Shown here one piece after another: positions 1 to 7,327 of a stretch of DNA of 12,982 nt. The DNA is from Polyangiaceae bacterium (GTDB lineage Bacteria; Myxococcota_A; Polyangia; Polyangiales; Polyangiaceae), in NCBI GenBank assembly GCA_035063585.1, contig JAPSGB010000070.1:1-12982 (forward strand), written 5' to 3'. The notes beneath the pieces were generated by a model. The model ran no database searches, was not told the DNA's origin, and saw nothing but the letters and a program-made list of their open reading frames with translations. A program made the position numbers and the translations under genes. Numbering within the stretch: the stretch's first letter is position 1; each line of letters opens with the position of its first letter.

Positions 1-1
1 G

Positions 2-262
2 GGCTCGGCGCCGAACGGCTCAGGGAAGTGGGGCCAGCAGGACCTGGCGGGAAACGTCTGGGAGTGGGGGCTGGATTGGTACGCGACTCCCTATAACGCC
101 TCATGCAATAATTGTGCCTACACAACGCCGGCCTCCGACCGGGTGGGCCGGGGCGGCGACTTCCGCGATGTCGCGTCGAGCCTGGTCTCCCCGTACCGCA
201 GCGTCTACGGCCCCTCGAGTCGAAGCTTCGCCCTCGGGGGCCGTTGCGCCAGGACCCCCTAG
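2..262 (+). CDS. C-terminal part (5'-truncated by window edge) of an FGE-sulfatase / SUMF1-EgtB-PvdO family protein (C-type-lectin-like fold); candidate DGR target
   Basis: Manual translation of frame +2 (absent from the ORF track): GSAPNGSGKWGQQDLAGNVWEWGLDWYATPYNASCNNCAYTTPASDRVGRGGDFRDVASSLVSPYRSVYGPSSRSFALGGRCARTP*, with TAG at 260-262. It carries the family motifs DLAGNVWEW, RVxRGGxF and GxRCAR. Confidence 0.93.
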   Translation, partial: GSAPNGSGKWGQQDLAGNVWEWGLDWYATPYNASCNNCAYTTPASDRVGRGGDFRDVASSLVSPYRSVYGPSSRSFALGGRCARTP

Positions 263-268
263 CGGAAT

Positions 269-292
269 GCTCGCAAGATTCTTGCTGCGAGC
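269..292. other. Inverted repeat / hairpin 6 nt after the FGE-domain stop codon (terminator-like or DGR target-recognition hairpin)
   Basis: GCTCGCA (269-275) pairs with TGCGAGC (286-292). A nested alternative pairs GCAAGA (273-278) with TCTTGC (280-285). There is no poly-T tail. Confidence 0.6.
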
Positions 293-305
293 GGCTCCTC
301 GACTC

Positions 306-337
306 CCCTTGACCCTTGATACTTGAACCCTTGACCC
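306..337. repeat. Short tandem heptamer repeat, consensus CCCTTGA x4
   Basis: CCCTTGA (306-312), CCCTTGA (313-319), TACTTGA (320-326), one extra A, CCCTTGA (328-334), then CCC. Confidence 0.85.
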
Positions 338-380
338 GCACGAAGTGAGGGCGAGTGAGCGCGCGCAGCAGGCCGCCTCC

Positions 381-413
381 GCCCGCGAGCGCGCGCCAGC
401 GCGCTCGCAGGGC
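381..413. other. GC-rich stem-loop
   Basis: Perfect 10-bp stem GCGAGCGCGC (385-394) / GCGCGCTCGC (399-408) with a GCCA loop. It extends by GCCC/GGGC across a single A bulge. Confidence 0.7.
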
Positions 414-473
414 CGCGCCGTGACTCGCCGTCCCCGCGAGCGCGCCAAGGTCCGATCAGCTAGACGGAGCCCG

Positions 474-932
474 GTGACGTCTCGGACGGTGCTCGGGCTC
501 GGGGTGGCGATTGCGGTCGCCGCGGTGGCAGGCGTGATCATCGGCCGGAGCGGGAGCCGCGAGGGCGGCGCGCGCGCGGCCGGCACGAGCGGCGCGGCCG
601 CGCTCGAGCGAGCGCGGGAGGCGCGCGCCACGCTCTCCGCGCTGCGCGCTCGCGCTGCGCGCGCCAACGCCGAACCCGGCTTTCTGGCGAGCTCGGGCGT
701 GCCGCCCTCGGCCGCTTGCCTCGAGCGGATGAGCCGCGAGCAAGAGCTCACGCACGCCGAGCTCGGCGCGCTCGCCAAGCTGTCCGATGAGGTGCCGGGC
801 CTCCCGAAGCTGCGCCAGGCGGTGTTCCAGGTGCATGTGTGCGTGTCGTGCGCGGCGCCGGCGAGCGACTACTGCGCGCGCGCCGCAGAGCTCCTCGACC
901 AGGCCGGGCGCGCGCTCGACGCGGCGCGCTGA
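474..932 (+). CDS. Hypothetical protein with N-terminal membrane anchor/signal and four C-terminal cysteines
   Basis: Lies within ORF 345..932. GTG at 474 is preferred because GGAG sits at 466-469 and the hydrophobic segment VLGLGVAIAVAAVAGVIIG follows directly; in-frame GTGs at 345 and 420 are alternatives. Cys pattern is ACLERM...VHVCVSC...YCARA. Confidence 0.6.
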   Translation: MTSRTVLGLGVAIAVAAVAGVIIGRSGSREGGARAAGTSGAAALERAREARATLSALRARAARANAEPGFLASSGVPPSAACLERMSREQELTHAELGALAKLSDEVPGLPKLRQAVFQVHVCVSCAAPASDYCARAAELLDQAGRALDAAR

Positions 933-983
933 GCGGACCGCCCGCGTGGTTCCGCGCCGGGCCGACCCACCAGCCACCTCGAG

Positions 984-1472
984 CTAGAGCGGGGCGGCGT
1001 CATCGAAGCGGCGGCCGAGGTCGGCGGCGACCGCTTCGAGCTCGCGCGCGTCGAGCTCGGTGAAGGCGGAGGGCGTGTTCGAGTCGACGTCGAGGACGCC
1101 GAGCACGCGCCCGGACGGCGCGATGAGCGGCACCACGAGCTCCGAGCGCGTGGTCGACACGCAGGCGATGTGACCGGGGAAGGCGTCGACGTCGGGCACG
1201 AGCTGCGTGCGGCGCTCGCGCACCGCGGCGCCGCACACCCCGCGCGCGACGTCGATGCGGAGGCACCCGTGGCGGCCCTGGTACGGGCCGATCACCAGCA
1301 CGTCGGGGCGCACCAGCCGGTAAAATCCGGTGAAATCGAAGTAGTCGAAGGTGTGGTGGAGCTCGCTCGCGACGGTGGCGAGCGCCGCGATGAAGTCGTC
1401 TTCTCCGTCGAGCAGCGAGCCGATCGCGGCGCGAGCCTCGGCGTAGCGAGCAGCGCGAGCCTCGGGCTGCAT
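984..1472 (-). CDS. msrC: GAF-domain free methionine-(R)-sulfoxide reductase (fRMsr/MsrC/YebR family)
   Basis: Begins MQPEARAARY, 5 nt after the gpmA stop. Motifs FTGFY, GPYQGxxGCxxI, GVCG, FPGHIAC, SELVVP and VLDVDS, including the three conserved Cys, match the family. Confidence 0.88.
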   Translation of the reverse strand: MQPEARAARYAEARAAIGSLLDGEDDFIAALATVASELHHTFDYFDFTGFYRLVRPDVLVIGPYQGRHGCLRIDVARGVCGAAVRERRTQLVPDVDAFPGHIACVSTTRSELVVPLIAPSGRVLGVLDVDSNTPSAFTELDARELEAVAADLGRRFDDAAPL

Positions 1473-1477
1473 CCGCG

Positions 1478-2221
1478 TCAGCCCTTGGCTTGGGCGGCGA
1501 CCGCAGCGGCGGCGCGCTCCGCGGTGGCGGCGTCGCCGAGGTAACGGTGCCGGAGCGCGCGAAGCTGGTCGTCGAGCTCGTAGACGAGCGGGATGCCGGT
1601 GGGGATGTTGAGCTCCACGATCGCCTCGTCGCTGACTCCGTCGAGGTGCTTCACGAGCGCGCGGAGGCTGTTGCCGTGGGCGACCACGATCACGCGCTCG
1701 CCTCGGCGGATGGCGGGTGCGATGTCGCTCTCCCAGTACGGGAGGAAGCGCGCGACGGTGTCCTTCAGGCACTCCGTGCTCGGGAGCTCGGCCGGGCCGA
1801 GCTGCGCGTAGCGGCGATCCCTGCCCGGAAAATAGGGGTGATCCGACGTCATCGGCGGCGGCGGCACCGCGTAGCTGCGGCGCCAGAGCTTGACCTGCTC
1901 CGCGCCGTGGCGCGCGGCCGTCTCCGCCTTGTCGAGGCCCTGGAGCGCGCCGTACATCCGCTCGTTCACGCGCCAGCTCCGGTGGACCGGGATCCACATG
2001 AGATCCATCTCCTCCTGCACGAGCCAGAGCGTCTTGATGGCGCGCTTCAACACCGAGGTGTAGGCGACGTCGAAGGTGAGGCCCTCCTCCGCGAGCAGGC
2101 GTCCGGCGTGCTTCGCCTCGGCCACGCCGGCCTCGGAGAGCGGGACGTCCACCCAGCCGGTGAAGCGGTTCTCGAGGTTCCACTGGCTCTGCCCGTGACG
2201 GAGCAAGACGAGCGTCTTCAT
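1478..2221 (-). CDS. gpmA: 2,3-bisphosphoglycerate-dependent phosphoglycerate mutase
   Basis: 247 aa with [56 protein letters not shown] and [14 protein letters not shown]. Confidence 0.98.
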   Translation of the reverse strand: MKTLVLLRHGQSQWNLENRFTGWVDVPLSEAGVAEAKHAGRLLAEEGLTFDVAYTSVLKRAIKTLWLVQEEMDLMWIPVHRSWRVNERMYGALQGLDKAETAARHGAEQVKLWRRSYAVPPPPMTSDHPYFPGRDRRYAQLGPAELPSTECLKDTVARFLPYWESDIAPAIRRGERVIVVAHGNSLRALVKHLDGVSDEAIVELNIPTGIPLVYELDDQLRALRHRYLGDAATAERAAAAVAAQAKG

Positions 2222-2285
2222 GGCCTGCCGTCCATATCACGGGCGCCGCGGGTCGTCGCTCGCCCGCTCGCCCGCGCCTGGAGGC

Positions 2286-3020
2286 TCAGCTCGAGAACGG
2301 CAGGAAGAGGCTGAGGCCGCCGGTCGCGGCGATGTCGCTCGCGATCTTCTCCATCGCGAGCGACGGCACCGCGCGCTTGTGAACGTAGTCGCGGACGTCG
2401 ATGCGGAACGCGAGCCACTCGGTGAGGAAGAACTTGAGCCCGAGGCCCGCCGAGCCGGTGGGCGCGCGGGTATTTCGCTCGTCCGTCGCGCCAGCGCCGA
2501 GCGAGAGGTAGAAGTCGAAGCGCCCGATGGGACCGCCGAACCAGCGGACCTTGCCGTAGGCCATGGACCACACGAGGTTGCCCATGAAAAGCTGGACGTT
2601 CTCGTCGGGCGCGCGCTGAAAGAGGACCAGGCCCTGGTTGCGGTCGACGATCCCGTTCATGAGATCGTAGGACTGGTTGTAGCGGAAGTACGAGGCCTCC
2701 AGGCCGAGATCCTCGGTGAAGTGGAAGGTGTAGGCGCCGCCGTAGATGGGCGCGGAGTCGGCGAGGTCCGCCGCTAGCCACCCGCCCATGGGCGAGAGCT
2801 CGTGCCGGAGCGCCTTCTTGAAGAGCCGCGGGACGACGCCGCGATACGCGCGGCGGCCGACCAGCTGCTGCTTCAGCTCCTCGTCCACGCACTGGCCGCG
2901 CGCCTGCGCGGGCATGAGGAGCAGCGCGGCGAGGACGCCCAGGCCCGCGAGCGCCCGATGCTCGCACAGAAACGCGGCGGGGCCACGTCGAGGCCGGTGT
3001 CGTCGCGAGCAAGCCCTCAT
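2286..3020 (-). CDS. Outer-membrane beta-barrel protein, myxobacterial/deltaproteobacterial type (resembles TIGR04565)
   Basis: C-terminal half of ORF 2286..3794; ATG at 3020 chosen, exact start uncertain. Signal peptide LAGLGVLAALLLMPAQARG, then LFKKALRHELS and amphipathic strands YTFHFTEDLGLEASY, FDFYLSLGAG, GLGLKFFLTEWLAFRIDVRD and GGLSLFLP. Confidence 0.8.
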   Translation of the reverse strand: MRACSRRHRPRRGPAAFLCEHRALAGLGVLAALLLMPAQARGQCVDEELKQQLVGRRAYRGVVPRLFKKALRHELSPMGGWLAADLADSAPIYGGAYTFHFTEDLGLEASYFRYNQSYDLMNGIVDRNQGLVLFQRAPDENVQLFMGNLVWSMAYGKVRWFGGPIGRFDFYLSLGAGATDERNTRAPTGSAGLGLKFFLTEWLAFRIDVRDYVHKRAVPSLAMEKIASDIAATGGLSLFLPFSS

Positions 3021-3134
3021 GCGCGAGCCCACGAATAGCACACCCCGAGGCGCGGAGGACACATCCCTCGACGCCCCGCATGGCGCTAGGATGGCCTCGA
3101 GCGGGGCGCGTCGCCCCGGATCGGGATCTCGACC

Positions 3135-4499
3135 ATGAAGAGGACGCGGCTCACCCTGGCTCTCCTGTTGGCCGCGACGCCCGCCGTCGCGGCGCCTCCC
3201 CCGGCGGCTCGCCCGGCTCCGGGGCCCGCGGGCGAACCCTCCGCGTGCGTCCCCGGGCGCTCGGGCGCCATCGCGCGCGTCGCGTGCGCGCTCGCCGCCG
3301 AGCTCGGCGGCGTCCCGGCCGGCGCGCTCGTGGTCGCGGCGCCACTCGTGAGCGACGTGCCCGCGCCCGACCCCGGGCGCCTCACCGCGCGGGTCGCCGG
3401 CGTGGTCGCCGGCGCGCTCGGCCACGGCGCTCGGAGCGCCGACGAGGCGGCGAGCCTCGCGCGCGGGCGGAGCCTGGCGAGCGCGGCCGGCTCGCTCGTG
3501 TTCCTGCAGGTGACGCTCGCCCGCGGAGAGCTCAGGGTGGTCGCCGATCTCTTCCCGGTGCCGCGCGGCTTCTGGGAGCGAGTCCGCGATCCCGAGCCGA
3601 GCCCGCGCGCGCACGCCTTCGCGAGCGAGCGCCTCGACGCCGAGCTGCGCGCGCTCCTCCCGCCCGTGCCGCTGGTCGCCAGTCGCGTGGACCGCGCGAG
3701 CTCGCCCGAGAAGAGCCCGCTCGCGCTCGCGTGCGGCGACCTCGACGGTGACGGCGCGCTCGAGCTCGTGATCACCGGTCGTGTGGCGGTACACGTCGGG
3801 CGTATCCGCAACCGCGCCTTCGTCGGCTCCGCGGTGAGCCGCTGGTCGGAGCTCTCCGCCGTCGCGCCGAGTCCGCTGCGCGCCCCGATCGGCGGGCTCG
3901 CCATCGAGCCCGGGCGCTATCTCGAGGTGGGGATCACCGACCGCGCCGAGGCGCTGCGTCTCGACTCCACGCTCCGGCCGCTACAGAAGCTCGGTCGTGA
4001 GCTCCCCTGGCCCGCCGCCGGGTGTATTCGAGTCGCCGGGGTCGCGCTCTCCTCCGCGCCGACGCCTTGCCGGAGCGGTGACGGCGCGAGCGCGCGCGTC
4101 GAGCTCGGCGAGCCGCTCGACGCCGTCGCGGGCGCGTGGGTGTCGCGCCCCGATGGCTCCGCGCGGCGCGTGCTCGCCGGCCGCATCGCGGGCAAGCCGA
4201 TCGCGCTCCTGGTCGACGACGAGGGCCGGCGCGCGCGGGTCGAGGGCGCGGGCGCCGAGCTGGCGGTCGGAGATCTCGACGGTGACGGCGCGCCCGAGCT
4301 GCTCGCGGGGACCGACACCCTCGATCCGGCGAGCGACGCGCTGGTCGCTTGGACCTGGCGAGAGGACGGCACCGTGATCGAGCGGCTCCGCCTCGCGGTA
4401 AAGAGCGGCGTTCACGCCATCGCGGTCTGCCCCCCCGACGGACCGGGCCTCGCGCCGGTCGCGGTCGCCACCGGAGATGGAGTGTGGGTGGTCCGCTGA
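3135..4499 (+). CDS. Secreted FG-GAP/VCBS-type repeat protein
   Basis: Signal peptide MKRTRLTLALLLAATPAVA, and two DxDxDG loops: LACGDLDGDGALELV and LAVGDLDGDGAPELL. A TAGGAT -10-like hexamer lies at 3087-3092. Confidence 0.8.
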   Translation: MKRTRLTLALLLAATPAVAAPPPAARPAPGPAGEPSACVPGRSGAIARVACALAAELGGVPAGALVVAAPLVSDVPAPDPGRLTARVAGVVAGALGHGARSADEAASLARGRSLASAAGSLVFLQVTLARGELRVVADLFPVPRGFWERVRDPEPSPRAHAFASERLDAELRALLPPVPLVASRVDRASSPEKSPLALACGDLDGDGALELVITGRVAVHVGRIRNRAFVGSAVSRWSELSAVAPSPLRAPIGGLAIEPGRYLEVGITDRAEALRLDSTLRPLQKLGRELPWPAAGCIRVAGVALSSAPTPCRSGDGASARVELGEPLDAVAGAWVSRPDGSARRVLAGRIAGKPIALLVDDEGRRARVEGAGAELAVGDLDGDGAPELLAGTDTLDPASDALVAWTWREDGTVIERLRLAVKSGVHAIAVCPPDGPGLAPVAVATGDGVWVVR

Positions 4500-5785
4500 T
4501 CGCGCGCCGCACGCTGCTCGCGTTCGCCGCGTCGTCGAGCGCGGCGCGCGCGCTCGGTCGCGTACCGTACGGCGGGCGCGTGCGCCTGGCGATCCCGTGG
4601 CCGGTCGACCGCGTCGATCCGCACGCCCTCGACGACCCGGCCGCGGCGCTCTTCGGCGCGGCCATCTCCGACCCGCTCTTCGCCCTCGACGGCGCGGGTC
4701 GCCCGTACGCGGCGCTCGCCGCGAGCCTACCCGAGGCGACTGAGCTCGGCGTGCGAGTGACGCTGCGCGCGGGCCTCGCCACCGCGCGCGGGCGCGCGCT
4801 CGACTCGCGGGACGTGGTCTGGTCGCTCGAGCGCGCGCGCGCCGCGGGCGCGAGCGCGCTGCTCGCGCCGTTCGCGCCCGCGTTACGCGACCCGCGCGAT
4901 CCCCTCGCGGTGCTCGTCCCGAGCGCCGAGCCGGCCGCGCTCGCGCTCGCGCTCGCGAGCCCGCTCACCGCGATCCTGCCGCGCGGGTTCTCCGCCGCGC
5001 TCCCCGACGGCACCGGCGCCTTCGGCGCGGAGCCCGGCTCACGTCGTCTCGTCTTGCGGCGGAACCTGCGCGCGGCGCGCGGCGCGAGCTTCCTCGACTC
5101 GCTCGAGGTGACGCGCGCGGACGACCTCGCCGGCGCGCTCCGCGCGTTCGAGTCGGGGGAGGCGGACGTGGGCTGGCTCGGGCGCGGGCTCCACCGGCCG
5201 CGCCCCGGAGCGGTCGCCTTCGACGCGGGGCGCTTCGGCTGGGCCGTGCTGCGCGCCGGGCTCGACGCTGGCGCGTGGGGCGCGCCGGGCGTCATCCAGC
5301 AGCTCCTCGATCGGATCCCCGCCTCGCGCCTCGCCTACCTCGGGCTCGGCGGCTTGCCGGGCGGCGGCGGCGACGCCGCGTGGGGCGGCGCGCCCGCCGA
5401 GCTCTTGGTCCGGGACGACGCGCCGCACCTCATCGAGATCGCTCGCGCGCTCGCCGCGCTGCTCGGCGTCGCGGGTCACGAGGTCACCCCCGCGCCCCGT
5501 CCGCCCCGCGAGCTCGCGTCGCGGCGGAGCGCGCGCCGCTTCGCGCTCATGCTCGACTTCGCCCGCCCGCTCGGCCCCTCCGGCCGAGACACGCTGCTCG
5601 CGCTGCTCACCGCCGCCGATCCCGCGCTCGCGCGCCGTCCGCCCGCGCTCACCACGAGCGACGCCCGCCAGATCGCGCGCACGCTCACCCTGGGGGTGGT
5701 GGGGGAGCTCGACATTGCCGGCGCGCGGGTGCCCGAGCTCATGGAGCTTCCCGCGTGGCAGCTCGGGGCGGTCTGGAAGCGGTGA
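4484..5785 (+). CDS. Family-5 (peptide/nickel-type) substrate-binding-like protein with probable Tat signal
   Basis: GTG at 4484 has GGAG at 4473-4476 and overlaps the upstream gene by 16 nt. N-terminus LIARRTLLAFAA. Segments PYGGRVRLAI, VDPH, ISDPLFALD, LAASLP, LDSRDVVWSLER, GTGAF, FLDSLEV and AFESGEADV resemble SBP_bac_5. Confidence 0.72.
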   Translation: MGGPLIARRTLLAFAASSSAARALGRVPYGGRVRLAIPWPVDRVDPHALDDPAAALFGAAISDPLFALDGAGRPYAALAASLPEATELGVRVTLRAGLATARGRALDSRDVVWSLERARAAGASALLAPFAPALRDPRDPLAVLVPSAEPAALALALASPLTAILPRGFSAALPDGTGAFGAEPGSRRLVLRRNLRAARGASFLDSLEVTRADDLAGALRAFESGEADVGWLGRGLHRPRPGAVAFDAGRFGWAVLRAGLDAGAWGAPGVIQQLLDRIPASRLAYLGLGGLPGGGGDAAWGGAPAELLVRDDAPHLIEIARALAALLGVAGHEVTPAPRPPRELASRRSARRFALMLDFARPLGPSGRDTLLALLTAADPALARRPPALTTSDARQIARTLTLGVVGELDIAGARVPELMELPAWQLGAVWKR

Positions 5786-5878
5786 GGCGGCGCCTGGCTC
5801 GAGCGGAAAGCTGTTGCGCCGGGGAGCCGGTAAGGTACGGTTGTCGCTAAACGTTTTCTTCGGGGAAAGGCCATCGAG

Positions 5879-7285
5879 ATGAACAGAACGACCATGGGGC
5901 TCGCGGTCTTGGCGCTAGCGGGCGCGTGGGTGTCGCCGGCGCTCGCGCAGGATGAGGGCAGTGGAGCGACTCCGGCGGCGTCCGCCTCGGCGTCCACGGA
6001 GGGCGTCAGCCTCTCTGCGGCGGAGCGCGCCGAGGACAACTACCTCGAGCTCGGCATCTTCGCGGGCGCGCTCTTTCCGTCGAGCTCCCACAACTTCCAG
6101 GACTCGAGCGCGGAGGAGCGAAGGCTCCACCTGAAGTTCAAGAGCGTCGCGCCCGAGGTCGGGCTCCGGTTCGGGTACTACCCCATCCGATACCTCGGCA
6201 TCGAGGCCGAGGGGATGTACGCCCCGACCCAGACGGAGGACGACGAGTCGGCGAGCCTCTGGGCGATTCGCGGGCACCTGGTCGGGCAACTCCCGCTCGG
6301 AGCGGCGACGCCGTTCGCGGTCCTCGGCGGCGGCCGCATGGCGGGCAAGAGCAGCGTGATGGGCACCGACAGCGATCCGGCCCTTCACTTCGGTATCGGC
6401 GTCAAGGTGCCGGTCTCGCGCGCGCTCAGCCTGCGCTTCGACGCGCGCGACAACATGACCCAGAAGGACGACACGTCGGACGGCACGCAGACGCACCACC
6501 CCGAGCTCACGCTCGGGCTCTCCTACACGTTCGGGCTGTCCAAGAAGCCGGCGGCTCCCCCGCCTCCGGCCGACAGCGACGGCGACGGCTTCGTCGACTC
6601 GGAGGACAAGTGCCCGAACGAGGCAGGCGTCGCGCCGGACGGCTGCCCGGAGCTCGACGCCGACAAGGACGGGATCCCGATCCCGCAAGACAAGTGTCCG
6701 GCCGAGGTAGGCGTCGCGCCGGACGGCTGCCCGGAGCTCGACGCCGACAAGGACGGGATCCCGATCCCACAGGACAAGTGCCCGAACGAGGCAGGCGTCG
6801 CGCCGGACGGCTGCCCGGACCTCGACGCGGACAAGGACGGGGTCCCGACCCCGCAAGACAAGTGCCCGAACGAGCCGGAGACGAAGAACGGCTACCTGGA
6901 TGAAGACGGCTGCCCCGACGAGATCCCCGAAGAGGTGAAGAAGTTCACGGGCGTCATCGCCGGCATCGAGTTCGACACCGGCAAGGCCACCATTCGCAAG
7001 AAGAGTGAGCCCACGCTCGACGGCGCGGCCAAGATCCTGACCGAGTATCCGACGCTCCGCATCGAGATCAGCGGACACACCGACGACGTCGGCCCGCACG
7101 ACAAGAACGTGACGCTCAGCCAGGAGCGCGCGGACTCCGTCAAGACGTACCTGGTCGGCAAGGGTGTCGACGCGAAGCGCATCACGACCCGCGGCGCCGG
7201 TCCGGACGAGCCGATCGCCGACAACAAGACGGCGGCCGGCAAGCAGAAGAACCGCCGCATCGAGTTCAAGCTCCTCACCCAGTAG
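5879..7285 (+). CDS. OmpA family protein: signal peptide, beta-barrel, TSP3-like Ca-binding repeats and OmpA_C peptidoglycan-binding domain
   Basis: Signal ends PALA. Barrel strands end LGLSYTFG, followed by a Pro linker and DSDGDG/DADKDG...DKCP repeats. C-terminal domain has IEFDTGKA, IEISGHTD, NVTLSQERADSVK and KNRRIEF. Confidence 0.95.
   Translation: MNRTTMGLAVLALAGAWVSPALAQDEGSGATPAASASASTEGVSLSAAERAEDNYLELGIFAGALFPSSSHNFQDSSAEERRLHLKFKSVAPEVGLRFGYYPIRYLGIEAEGMYAPTQTEDDESASLWAIRGHLVGQLPLGAATPFAVLGGGRMAGKSSVMGTDSDPALHFGIGVKVPVSRALSLRFDARDNMTQKDDTSDGTQTHHPELTLGLSYTFGLSKKPAAPPPPADSDGDGFVDSEDKCPNEAGVAPDGCPELDADKDGIPIPQDKCPAEVGVAPDGCPELDADKDGIPIPQDKCPNEAGVAPDGCPDLDADKDGVPTPQDKCPNEPETKNGYLDEDGCPDEIPEEVKKFTGVIAGIEFDTGKATIRKKSEPTLDGAAKILTEYPTLRIEISGHTDDVGPHDKNVTLSQERADSVKTYLVGKGVDAKRITTRGAGPDEPIADNKTAAGKQKNRRIEFKLLTQ
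6605..6874 (+). repeat. In-frame 84-bp tandem repeat (3 full copies plus a partial) encoding DKCPNEAGVAPDGCPELDADKDGIPIPQ
   Basis: Units start at 6605, 6689, 6773 and 6857, exactly 84 nt apart, and are nearly identical at the nucleotide level. Confidence 0.95.
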
Positions 7286-7298
7286 CGCTCGCGCGTCC

Positions 7299-7327
7299 GT
7301 GAGGAGCGCGCGTCGCGCGCTCCTCAC
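7299..7327. terminator. Perfect 13-bp hairpin between convergent genes (probable bidirectional terminator or 3' stabiliser)
   Basis: GTGAGGAGCGCGC (7299-7311) pairs with GCGCGCTCCTCAC (7315-7327), loop GTC. It follows the OmpA stop and overlaps the stop of the convergent gene. There is no U-tract. Confidence 0.65.

Noticed and set aside
1..262. Segment as the DGR template repeat itself
   Set aside because: It lacks the AAC/AAT-rich pattern at the variable positions and is the end of an open gene, so it fits a variable region, not a template. I found no second copy in the window by eye.
101..326. ORFs 112..312, 114..326 and the minus-strand ORF 101..778
   Set aside because: The real coding frame is +2 (FGE motifs, stop at 262). 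These ORFs are motif-free alternative frames.
831..852. CVSC as a cytochrome c haem-binding site
   Set aside because: The motif is CxxCA, not CxxCH.
984..2240. 418-aa ORF as a long GAF fusion or frameshifted gpmA-msrC
   Set aside because: The N-terminal part is an Arg-rich off-frame reading of gpmA. gpmA has its own stop and msrC its own ATG at 1472.
3021..3794. N-terminal extension of the 502-aa beta-barrel ORF
   Set aside because: It is largely antisense to the FG-GAP gene and low-complexity. The signal peptide appears only after ATG 3020.
6605..6874. Regularly spaced repeats as a CRISPR array
   Set aside because: The units are contiguous, in-frame coding repeats with no unique spacers, and no cas genes are present.
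5915..7327. 470-aa antisense ORF over ompA, and similar long ORFs such as 1490..2314, 3934..5295 and 9471..10223
   Set aside because: These are expected shadow ORFs in very high-GC3 DNA and have no recognisable motifs.
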